64,000 nucleotides of DNA from Felis catus (Eukaryota), in NCBI RefSeq assembly GCF_018350175.1, contig NC_058368.1, positions 26,910,001-26,974,000 of the forward strand, in the 5' to 3' direction. Below are positions 40,405 through 51,369 of this stretch, piece after piece; position 1 is the first letter of the stretch, and every line of letters starts with the position of its first letter. The translations under genes and the position numbers were made by a program. The notes beneath the pieces are model-generated. The model was not told the origin of the DNA, ran no database searches, and worked only from the letters and a program-made list of their open reading frames with translations.

Positions 40405-41527
40405 TGTTTTTACATCTTCATATGTTCACTTTCCTGAGGAGAGGATACATAGCTTTCTTCAGCTTCCAGGAAATCCATAACTCTATCAGAAACTATTAAA
40501 AATGGGTGTTATTTAATATATTCACCTGTACCATAAATGTCAGCACTGATGATGACAGAAACCTATCTACTTTTGCTTGGAATAAAGTATAACTTTTTTT
40601 TTCTCTGGTTTTTGACTTTCTTAAAGATCTTTATTCAGAATTAAGCACAGTAAGTAGTACCTGGAATAAAGCAACGTATAAAAGCACGGATGCAAACAGG
40701 ATAGCTCCTGTCTTCTCCTTGTTCCTGAGTGACACTCTGTACCAAAGTGGCACTTTGTGTCCAGGTGCAGGTCAAGGTTGTTTTTTTTGTTGTTGTTGTT
40801 GTTTTTGTTTTTTTTTTTTTGTTTTTAAATCATATAAAGTTCTAATGGACTAAGTGATCTGGGACCTGATTATGGGGGGAAATTACCTGTCTCCTTATGC
40901 ATGCTCACAACCATTTCAAATCAACAGCAGCACTTCAACTAACGGTTCCTGCCACCTCACTTCAGAGAATGTGAGGCCATATGCTCCCAGCAGCAGAAGT
41001 TGACTTAAGAATCCATGATACATCTCATGCCCAAAATTTATGAGTTCAGAGGTAGAAAGCTTTTTCTTTCTTTTTTTAAATTTAGACCGACAGAATAGAT
41101 TAGTTAGTTGTGGTCAAATCAGGTTAAAGTGTTTCTCTACCTACTCCACCTTTCCCCAGTACTATGTTCTTAAGAAAGTTAATGTTTGACTAGTGTATCG
41201 CATTGTTGCAAATTGAAAAAAAGCAGTTACTGTTAAGGAGCATGCCCTTTTTAGGAAGAAAAATAGGACCTTTATGATTATGCTATTGATTCAGTCCTAC
41301 TTATGATAACATATAACAGCGAATCTCTCAGCAGCACATTTTATTATTATGTAGTGTTTAAGTAGCGTGAGGGCCTATGGTTTATGGCATTTTGATCCTG
41401 GCTGTCCCTCCAAACTTTTATCTTTAAGTGGGTCATAAACACCATATATCTTATGTTGTTATCTTTTCTGTTGTTTATCTTTTAAGTGAACATAAATTAA
41501 GATTGCTATAAGCCTACATGCTTATTT

Positions 41528-41764
41528 AAAAAAAATTTTTAATGTTTATTTATTTTTGAGAGAGAGGGAGAGACAGAGCATGAGCGGGGGGTGGGGGGGG
41601 GGCTGGGCAGAGAGAGGGAGACACAGAATCCGAAGCAGGCTCCAGGTTCTGAGCTGTCAGCACAGAGCCCTACACGGGGCTCGAACTCACAAACTCACAA
41701 ACCGTGAGATCATGACCTGAGCCAAAGTCGCACACTCAGCCGACTAAGCCACCCAGGCGCTCCC
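41528..41764 (-). mobile_element. Can-SINE with expanded G/C run and small internal duplication
   Basis: SINE body; G6-T-G10 at 41586-41602; duplicated 'aactcaca'. Confidence 0.94.
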
Positions 41765-42055
41765 ATTACTATTTTTAAATGTTGGCTTCTTCTCAATGCA
41801 TTTATTTTTACAAAGAGAAGACTGCCCCCTTTGGTGGTCATCAGAGAAGTTAAAACTTGGTTACATTCTGCATCCCAAAGACAAGCACTTGGGAAGCCTA
41901 AAGACATCTCTCTAAGGAAAACAAAGCTTTAAAATTATTTTGCAAGACTTTGACTCATACCTATTTTAGGTTGGCTGTCAGGAACCCATTTGGGGTGTCA
42001 AGAGTTTTTCTGCTCCTCCTGTAAGTTCCAGAGCTTCCTTTCAAGTAGAAGTTTT

Positions 42056-42270
42056 GTTTTTTTGTTTTTTTTTTAACATTTTTATTTTTGGGACAGAGAG
42101 AGAGCATGAACGGGGGAGGGGCAGAGAGAGAGGGAGACACAGAATCGGAAACAGGCTCCAGGCTCTGAGCCATCAGCCCAGAGCCTGACGCGGGGCTCGA
42201 ACTCACGGACCGCGAGATCGTGACCTGGCTGAAGTCGGACGCTTAACCGACTGCGCCACCCAGGCGCCCC
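42056..42270 (-). mobile_element. Young feline Can-SINE
   Basis: TSD CAAGTAGAAGTTTT at 42042-42055 and 42271-42284. Confidence 0.97.
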
Positions 42271-44234
42271 CAAGTAGAAGTTTTAAACATATAGGTGTTC
42301 TACATAACAAAAAAGCACCTGGCTTCTTAAGAAGACTGTAAACTGAGGGACAGAGAAGAAGTTATTTAAAAGGACCCCCACTAGAGAACACACTGGCAGC
42401 ACCCAAATAAATCCATTTTAATTGTCACTTTATTTCAACTACATTTTAAAGCTGTGATATCATGAGTGGAGAGGGAAGCAGCTCATACAAGAGCCTGAGT
42501 TCAAAGAAATTGAAATTTAGCGTGGAATGTAAAACTGAGGGCTTTTACTTCTAAGAGGATGGTTGTGGAAATACCAAGGGTGAAGGACGTGGGTTTGGTG
42601 CTACGGCAGAAATAGTCTGGGGTGACTTTGCATTGGTCAGTGTCCATGAAGTAATGCTCTTTATAAGAGAAAAGCTTGTACCCGACAAGCTAGTAGAAAT
42701 GTGCATTTCTCTTAAAAGTTTTTACTTTTTTCCTGTCCTTCTGTTCTAGAAGGGACATTATAAATTGCTAATGAACAGTGACTTTCACATGTTAAGAGAT
42801 TAGATTCCCCCAGGACTAAAATAAAGTGTGCTTTAGCCTTCTTACACACAGGATATCCCATTGGGTTCCCTGCAGAGTGCTCTCTTCTTGCACCCTTTGG
42901 TAAGGCTGCACAATGGGTCACTATTGTCTGTAGTCTTTTTTTTACATTGGGTCTCTGGCAGCCAGAGGGGAAAATAGTCACACACAGGGAAATGGTGCAA
43001 GTTAAAATCAAGTAAGCCTAGTGGGGTGGTAATGACTTTCCCATCATCCAAGTCTTTGCCTTCAGGATATGTGAAGCTAAAAAACAATGTCACTCATTCA
43101 ACGTTTATAGAAAACACACAATGTACGAGGTACTGTGCGAAGTACTGGAGGGCATGCGAAAGTATGCAAAACACAATCCCTGCGTGGAAGAATCCCGCCA
43201 GGAAGGGTATTTTCAAGTATTACTCAGACCTTATGATCCTTCAAGAAATTCTTGGGTGAATAAAATTGCACTTCTAATTTAAAATAAGCAAGAACTGGAA
43301 AAGCAAGAAATGGAAAAGACGCTATGTCTTTTAGGAAGAAGGTATGTAAATGTGTCTAAAATTTTTATTTCTAAGGTATACACAACGTGGCTTGGATGAA
43401 TGAAGGAGTATGGGAGTTAACAGGCCAAGAGCGGCGCCAGGCTGGCCACAAGGGCCCCTTCTTGGCCGAGCCTGACTTCAAAAAGGCGCTGCTCTGATCC
43501 TGCACAGTTAGCTGAATCCGAACAAAGAGGCGACCGGCACTTTTACCTGGGAAGTGGATTAACTTTGAGGAAAAGTGGCCTCCGAGGAGGAAAAGAGGCA
43601 GCATTCTACCTGGAGTAAGAAGCGCCTTCCCTTCCCCCCGGACCGTGCAAGCTCACCTCCCTCCCGACTGACCTCACCCTTGCTCCCCGCCCCGCATCCC
43701 TACACTGGCGAGGCGGTGGGCCGCGCTCGGTGGGGTTCCACCGCCCACTCCACGCCCGCCGCGCTTGCACACGCCGACTCCCGCCGGTAGTCGGCCACGT
43801 GCGCCCGGGTCTCCGATCGGCCCACTAAGGGGCCGAGCGCCTCCAAGGTGGCAGTGGCAACCGTGGTGTCCCGATTTCTGTCCCTCCGCGCTGAGCCGAG
43901 AAGTCCGGACAGCGGCGGCGGTGGCGGGAGAGAGCGACTCGGCCCCTCCCTAGAGGGGGCCGCGCGACCGAGGGCTACGGGCACCGCCTCTGCTGCATCC
44001 GTGGCTGCGCGCTCCGCTCGGCTCAGACCCGCTCGGATCCGGAGCCCGCGCGCGGCGCTGCCTTCCCTTCCCCCTCTGCCGCCGCCCCGCGGGCAGCTCC
44101 CCCCGGCGAGACGCACGTTCGATCCTCCTTCGCCGGATTTACGGATTTCCGGGGGCAAAGAATTTTGCCTCAGTCCCTACCAGCATCTCTTGGCCTCTCC
44201 CCCCCCCCCTCCTCGCGACTCCCCCACCCCGTGG

Positions 44235-44280
44235 GCGCGCGCGCGCGCACACACACACACACACTCACACACACTCACAC
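44235..44280 (+). repeat. (GC)7(AC)8 plus imperfect CA repeat in the promoter
   Basis: gcgcgcgcgcgcgc acacacacacacacac tcacacacactcacac. Confidence 0.95.
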
Positions 44281-44299
44281 TCGCAGGCGCGCGTGCGCA

Positions 44300-44600
44300 C
44301 GCCCGCGCGCCCCGAGCCGCGGAGTCTCCAGCAGATCCCACTCTCTCGGGCGCCGCTACTCACACAGGCTTCCAGTCGCCACGGGGCGTCCTCTGTCTGC
44401 GGCAGCAGCGGCGGAGGCAGCACAGGGAACCGCAGCTGCAGCCGGGCCGCGTCTTGCAGCTTCGTGTCCGGGACGGAGTCCGGGAGAAGCGGACGAGGAG
44501 GACGACAAGGCGAGGAGGAGCCGCGCCGCGCCCAGCGCCCGGCTCCCGGCTCCCGGCTCCGCGCGGCGGGCTGCCCCCGCTCCCGGTATCGCGGATCCAG
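44300..44600 (+). other. Non-coding first exon (5' UTR); start approximate
   Basis: Strong donor CAG|GTAAGC at 44600/44601 in the island centre; no ATG in 44300-44600; G-rich sequence follows, as is typical of intron 1. Confidence 0.75.
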
Positions 44601-47600
44601 GTAAGCAAGCAGCTCCGGGCCCCGCAGCATCCCTGGGGTGTCCGGGCTCGGTGCCGGGATTCCCCGGTCCCGCCCCCGCCATGGCCCCGGGACGGAGGCT
44701 TGGAGGGGAGTGGGCTCCCGGGAGGGGGAGGGGAATAGAGCTAGAGGTGAGGCTGGTGGGGAGGGGTACGTGGAAGCGTGGAGGCTTCCGCGCAGCTCCC
44801 CGCGCCTTTCCCCGCTCTACACCAGCTCCAGCCCTGTCACTTTTGCGAGCCTGGAGGTGCCCGGCGCTCCAGACAGCTGTGTCCTGCTCTCCCCGCCGCC
44901 GCCGGCCCGTGTTGGCTCTGGGCTCCGAGCCCGCCGTGCGCTTCCCACCTCCCCTGCACCTTGGACAGCGCACCCAGCCGCCCGCCGCCCCCTGCGCGGC
45001 ACCCGGGACGGAGCCCTGCTCGCGCAGCCCTCCCGCTACCCTCTTCTTGTCAGGTTGTCACCCTCTCGCCCTGCACCACTTGTCCTCTCTGTCTTGGCGG
45101 ACTCCGCTGTGGTGCGGGCCGGAAACTTTACTCCCTTTCTCGTCTGCGCTAGGTACTGTTGTTATTTTGTGACTGTCCCCTTACACGGGGAACCCGGACA
45201 CCTTGGACGTGTCTTCTTCGGCGGGAGCAGGTCCTGGCCCGCCGAGTCGAAGGCAAAAGAGGCACTGGGCAGCTGGACTCGGCGGCTGCCAGGGTGCAGA
45301 GTCCGCGCCTCAGGTCCTGGACGCCTGCCGCCTCTCCGCCTCCCTGCCTCTCTGGACTCGACACGTGCGCGCCTCCCACGGACGCGGCCCCTCCCCGACC
45401 ACCCCACGTCCTCCCCCTGCACGGCCACAGCCACCCCATAGGTTGGACACCCGGAGTTCGCGGGTCCTGATTGGCTGAAGGCGTAACCCCGCCTCCTTCC
45501 CGGAGGGGGTGGTTCTGGAGTGTTGTGGTTGTCATCCCGCGGCGCGCACATGGGGAAAGTGGGGTCGACAGGTGGGGAAGCCCGGGTGGGTAGGATCCCC
45601 GTGTCCCACGCTTCTCCTTCCGAATACACTCCTGCTCTTCTCCTTTTCTCTCAACATTTTGGTCCTGTAAGTAAAAAACAAAACAAAAAAACAAAAACAA
45701 AAACTGGCTTGAAACCCTACTTTTATCAGTATTGCATTTGTTTGGTGTAGAGATTTGGAAAGCATATCTAGAAGAATGAGGGAAACAAATGCATGTGGGG
45801 ACGGTTCGTGGCAGACTGGGCTGCGGTTTGAGTCCAGTAGTTTGGAGAAAGTAATGGGAGGCTAAGAGATCTGAAGATGGAGAAAGTGGGAGGGAAATTG
45901 TTTCTTGGATAAAGGAAGACGAAGGTGGGTGAACTTGGGAAGCTAAGGGGAAAAAAAACAACTGGGTCATTTATGGGGTGACATGTGAAGGAGAAACCCA
46001 TACGGGCACTCCCGGGAGGTGAGTGGGTTCTGCTGAAGAAGGCTCCGTTCCAGAAACGGGTAATTTTCGATAATATTTAGTTCATTATTAGCACACTTTG
46101 TTTCTGTTTTGCTGGCGTTGTCCTTTTGATAGGAGACTTTATAGTAATGACGTCAAGCCATGTAATGGATTTTGCTTATTCCCGTTTTGTTGTAATATAT
46201 AGATTTCCAAGTGGCAATGAATTTCAAAAAGTGAACTTAAAAGCTCCTTTAGAGGGATGCACTAAATAGTTAAGGCAAAGTGCTTTTGAAATATTGTGAA
46301 GGAAGACGGATGAGCATTGCATAAAATCCAAAGATTGTTCTGGCGTTATTTAGGTCCTTTGCAGCAATACATACATACATACACACACACATATATATAT
46401 GTATGTATAAATTATGTATAAATGATACTGATTTCTCTTTATTTCAAAACGTGATTGCCTCTAGCATTTTCAAGCTTTGATTCCTTCAGGCCGTTTTGAT
46501 GTTGTGTCTGTACATCTAAGAACATTGTAATTCTTATCTTTAGAAGCCTTGTCAATGCAAAACAAACAGCAACTGATGCAAGTTAATGTTGACAACTTTA
46601 TATTGAGTACACTGTGTGTTATTTTATTTGCAAGCTAGTGAAATATGCAAGAGTAACATAGCATGACTGTTATTCCCCAGGGACCCATATCAAAACAAAG
46701 TGGGGAATCACATGAGGCTATTCCAAGGAGAACAGTTCAATTATTTTTAAAATGAATGTATTTTAAGATTCTTGGGTGTAAGCAGCAACAGTATTTTCCC
46801 ATTTCAATTATTATCTTTGTACGCAGTGGTAGCACATAAAAACTCAGTAAGTCCTACAGCATGTTAAATATGTTAGGTAATTCCAAAGTAGATAGATAGT
46901 GAAGGTTTTCCTTTTGATATTATTTGTATACAAGTAGACAAAATTGATTTTATGATTGTAGGACTTTGTATGGAAGGGACAGATTTGATACATCTGGCAA
47001 ACTGGAAATTATTGCGATTGTTGAAAAAATAGGTCTTACTATGTTTTTGTATCTCTAGGTCATACTTTGATTTGCCTTCAAGGGATTTAGATTCTAGTTT
47101 TTAGCCTATCAAAGTTAGATGGCTTTTGAGGTAGGTAGAAGATGAATGTATATAGTCGCACATATGTATATCTGCAAAATATATGTATGTATAGACCCAC
47201 ACAGCTATATATGTATACACGTCATTTTGGGGTACATTCAGTGTATTTATTTATATATGTGTTATTGTCATTCTTAAATTTTTTCTCATTTCTTCTTGTC
47301 CAAAAGGTGGCCCTGTTTTAAACTGTAGAAAGCATTATTACCAGTAGAATTGGCCAATAGATCATGGAAACAGACAATAGTATTTTGTTGCTTGGCAACC
47401 ACCTACTGTGAATGAAAAACAAAGCAGTGACAGCTGCTTCCACATCCTGATACCCATACTGTAGCTCAAGCATTGAAGCCCTCCAAGTGAGACAGATCTA
47501 AGTTTCATTTGAGTCAGGTGAAGCTCTTTCTTTTGGGGGATGTTTTTAAAAAGAGTATTTACATTTTTTTTTGTCATAAGAATCACATTGTTACTGTGGG

Positions 47601-49425
47601 ATGAAATGAAGCATCTAATTTCAGTTGCCCTCTTAATCCTAGTATAAACTGAAAGATGCAAGATAGGGTGACTTGTTTAGACCCTTCTCATTCTTCCCTT
47701 TATAGTCATTAGACACTGTAAGCACATTTTCTGCTGCTGTCAGATGCTTTTGGGGTTTTACAAAAACTTGAGTTCTCCGTGACACCTAAATAGATAGCTG
47801 GATTTCACTGCTAGCAGGGAATTAGAGATTTGTGCTCTGGCCTCATTCTTTAATTTCATGGGACACTGAGGCACAGTGAGGTCATGTGACTTGACCCTGG
47901 TGACAGAACCATCTCTAGAATGTCTTCCCTTGGGTCACATTTGGAAAGTTTCCCCCATTTCCTCCCTGGAATTATTCTTGTCCTTTAGTTACATAAAGTT
48001 TATAGAAAAAGATTTTTATCCTAATAAAGATACTTAGAAAATACAACAATATTTGGGAGTACAAATTCAGTATTGACACCAGGCTAGATTATGGTGTTAG
48101 AGGCATTGTATATCATGTGTTCTCCCTTCAATATAAAAAGTCCTAGGACTCCTGTCTTTTTCCCCCCAAGTGGGGAAGCCCCATCCCTTGCTTTGGTAAT
48201 TGTTTATACTTTTGGACAATCTTTAATGATCTATTATTCTCTGAGTGAATTTTAAACAGGGATGAGATTGAAGATTGTGTTGGTCAGCTTGTATACCAGC
48301 GAGAGTTTAAACATTACAGCTAATTAATCACTCGTTCTGGTCTTCTGTCTGCAACGTGGTGGAAATACTGTTGGTGTAGTGATTTGGGCTCTTTAAAGTA
48401 CACGGGGCAGACTGTGTCGCTACATAATATTCATTTCAGTCTTTTATCAAAGCTCTCTTGCCAAAGATGCTACCTGAAGCGTGTTGGTGGAGGACAAGTC
48501 GCGTATCTGTGGGAGATGTAATCTTGCCAGTGTTTCTTAACTCTAAGATGATAATGAATAAATTACTGGGTGGCAAACTTGGATCACAGATGCATCATTA
48601 GGCATTTCTTCTAAACTTAGGAAATGTATTGCCTGTGTGATACATTTTGAGGTTCCTTATGCTATTTTAAAGAATCTGTATTTCATTGTTTATTATTTAT
48701 GTCAAAGATAGGCATTTAACTTTAATGTAACAATTGCAGTAGAAAAACTTGAAGTGGTCTGGTTGGAGAAACAATAAAGTGACAGTATTAAGTACCATTG
48801 AAGAACCATTTTCACCAGAAAAGCATGCACTTTAGCAGATTTATAGGGGGGAATAAATTGATTTAGAGCATGTTTAACCTAGTTTTGGAAGCCTGCTATT
48901 AACTTGTTCTAGCTAGGAGAATTTTCAAGCAGAATAATAATTTGGCAGATTCAAGTGAACTTCACTGAATTTTTAAAACTATTTTCCACAGTCTGGTTAT
49001 GGTTTGTCCAGGGCAAATACTTGTTTCAGATCCTCTAGGATTAATCGAAATTTCAAGATTGCTATTATTATTTTTTAAAATTTCTGAGCCATTTTTCTTT
49101 GCAAGGTGGGATGTTAAATATTCTGTCATTCATGCATTTAATTTAACTCACTGGAATTTTGATATTTAACTTCCCTATCCTATCTTCAAGTACAAGATAA
49201 TGTGTGTGTATGTGAATGTGCCAACACACAATACTTAGATTTCCCCCTTTTGTTGTTTTCATCCTTGTAGTAGAACACTAAAAGACTTGATTTATGGTTT
49301 TTTTTCATACAGTAAAGAGAAACTTTAAACAAAAGATATTTATGTTTTCAATTTCCTTATGTCTGTTTCCGCTATTATAACATGTAAACTCTCACCCACA
49401 CTAATAGGATGATTGCTAAAAACAA

Positions 49426-49532
49426 GCATATATATGTGTATATATATATACATATGTATGTATACGTATATATACGTATATACATATATATATGTATATA
49501 TATATGTATATACGTATATATACGTATATATA
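49426..49532. repeat. Complex (TA)/(TG)/(CG) alternating purine-pyrimidine repeat
   Basis: 107 bp of unbroken R/Y alternation. Confidence 0.95.
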
Positions 49533-50109
49533 GGCAGCATCCCATTTGTTACCCTCCAAGCTAGCCAAGAAAGCATATTTTCTTATTTTTAGACAGACAT
49601 ATCCTTCCACACACATACCTACATAGACATTGAGTTTAAGGTCCTATAGACTCTTTTAAGAGTGGACAGGAATAGTGTGTTTATTGGGAGCTCTGTGCAT
49701 GGTAATGCTGGTATATTTAGTAAAGTGTATATATTCAGATTTTCAGAAATATAGTAGCATAGGAAGAATTTCATTGAATTATTCCCTTTGTAAGATTTTC
49801 AAATTATGCTGAGAACATAACCCACAACCCTTACGACAGTTCCCAGTACCTACAATAGAGCCTGGCATGTAGTAGACACACAGTACCTATTTTGTGGAAT
49901 ATTCACCTGCCCTCCTTTTGTATATATAATGTTGCAAACACTTCAGTCGGTGTCTGCATGAATAGTATAAGTTGAGAAGATGGAGAAGATATTACCGTAG
50001 TTTTCTAATTGTTTCTGGCACTATATTAAAAAAATAACTTAGCCAGTGAGATATTGTGGAATATACTTCTTGTCAGTGTAGAAAGTTATACCAGGAGTAT
50101 TGATTTTTC

Positions 50110-50440
50110 ACAAATACAGCCATCCTAAGTACAGAATAGCTCTTTAATAGCCCACAGCAGCAGAACAAAGGTTATGGCAGCTAGTCCAAAGGAATACTTT
50201 ATTTAGTTGGAGCTAGAGGGTGAGGTTTGCTAGCCCCAGTGTAATTATCCAGACTGGAATGTGGCCAAGGGGCTGTGGTTAACATCCCAAACAGTGGGAA
50301 AAAAGCCATGGATGAGGTCTTTAGTGACTGTGAGTGGCCAGACCTCTGCTATGGTCTCATTTGCAAGAGAGCACTTTTAGTAGCTTAAAAACCACAACAA
50401 CTGTTTTGCACTTAAGGGATTGAGCCCAGAGTTACCATTC
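50110..50440 (-). mobile_element. AmnSINE1-like (Deu-domain SINE) relic
   Basis: Minus strand reads 'gtgctctcttgcaaatgagaccatagcagaggtctggccactcacagtcactaaagac...ccatggcttttttccc...gggatgttaaccacagccccttggccacattccagtctggataattaca', colinear with the Deu-domain consensus as I recall it. Confidence 0.8.
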
Positions 50441-51058
50441 TAGATCCCAGGTACCAAATTTCTGGTCATTGGATGAAGTCATAATCCCAAGAGTTCAGTG
50501 ACATTGAAATAAGTCTCTCTTCTTTGTCCTGTGCCATCCTTGTGAAGTAGGTGGAGAGTGATAGTGTCTCTGGGGACAACCATGGCAGGATCACAAGGTA
50601 GGTAAAGTTTAACATGCTTCCAATTAGTCTCAAACATCCTTCAGCTTTCCACCACTACCCAGCTGTTTATCTCCGTTGTGGGGCTTAATTAATAGTTTCG
50701 TATCAGCAAAGCTCCAGCAGACTGCTTCCTGAGTTCCCTTTTTCTGTGAGAGAATTAGTCCTGCTATGTTTTTAAAAACCACCTCTCCCATGGCCGACCT
50801 CGGGTCACTCCAGGTTGGGGAGAGGGAGCTACCACATCTGTTGACCAGGGCCAAGTCATGTCCCCTCTTTGCCCATCTCTATCAAGACTCCCTTTTGGGG
50901 GAAAAATGTGTTAAGGTGTATACTGTTAAAAGGCTATAATACTTTCCTGGAGAGATTCCTGAGTATGTTACATACATTGGGTTCTAAATATAATTATGTA
51001 ATATAACATATATATTAATATAATTATGTGTTTAGTTTCACTAGTAGAATTGTACCTA

Positions 51059-51285
51059 TTTTTTTTTAATTTTTTTTTCAACGTTTTTATTTATTTTTGG
51101 GACAGAGAGAGAGACAGAGCATGAACAGGGTAGGGGCAGAGAGAGAGGGAGATACAGAATCGGAAACAGGCTCCAGGCTCCGAGCCATCAGCCCAGAGCC
51201 CGACGCGGGGCTCGAACTCACGGACCGCGAGATCCTGACCTGGCTGAAGTCGGACGCTTAACCGACTGCGCCACCCAGGCACCCC
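51059..51285 (-). mobile_element. Young feline Can-SINE (the only Can-SINE right of the CpG island)
   Basis: TSD TGTACCTA at 51051-51058 and 51286-51293. Confidence 0.97.
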
Positions 51286-51369
51286 TGTACCTACTGTTTT
51301 GATGCATAGGGAAGGTAGTTTTGTCCAGGGAACACTTAAATAATATCGTATTATTTTATTTTAGGATTA

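Larger units (their letters stand above)
43420..45625. promoter_or_regulatory. CpG island promoter of an unidentified gene
   Basis: Abrupt ~2.2 kb GC- and CpG-rich, repeat-free segment; E-boxes CACGTG (43796, 45362), NRF1-like GCGCGTGCGC (44289-44298), GC boxes. Confidence 0.95.

Noticed and set aside
41820..41840. CTCF-like 'ccaccaaagggggcag' on the minus strand (similar partial matches near 37148 and 61810)
   Set aside because: Only half of the core matches with correct spacing.
2581..42270. Strand bias of upstream Can-SINEs (15 minus vs 6 plus)
   Set aside because: Two-sided binomial p is about 0.08; not convincing alone.
43700..45970. Many long overlapping ORFs (up to 335 aa) on both strands
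   Set aside because: Expected in a CpG island because stop codons are scarce; mostly non-ATG starts, Pro/Ala/Arg/Gly-rich, no recognisable domain, and several cross the splice donor.
5628..51282. Recurring ORFs such as GAPGWRSRLSVRLQPG and RQRETEHERGRGRERG
   Set aside because: Translations of Can-SINE sequence, not genes.
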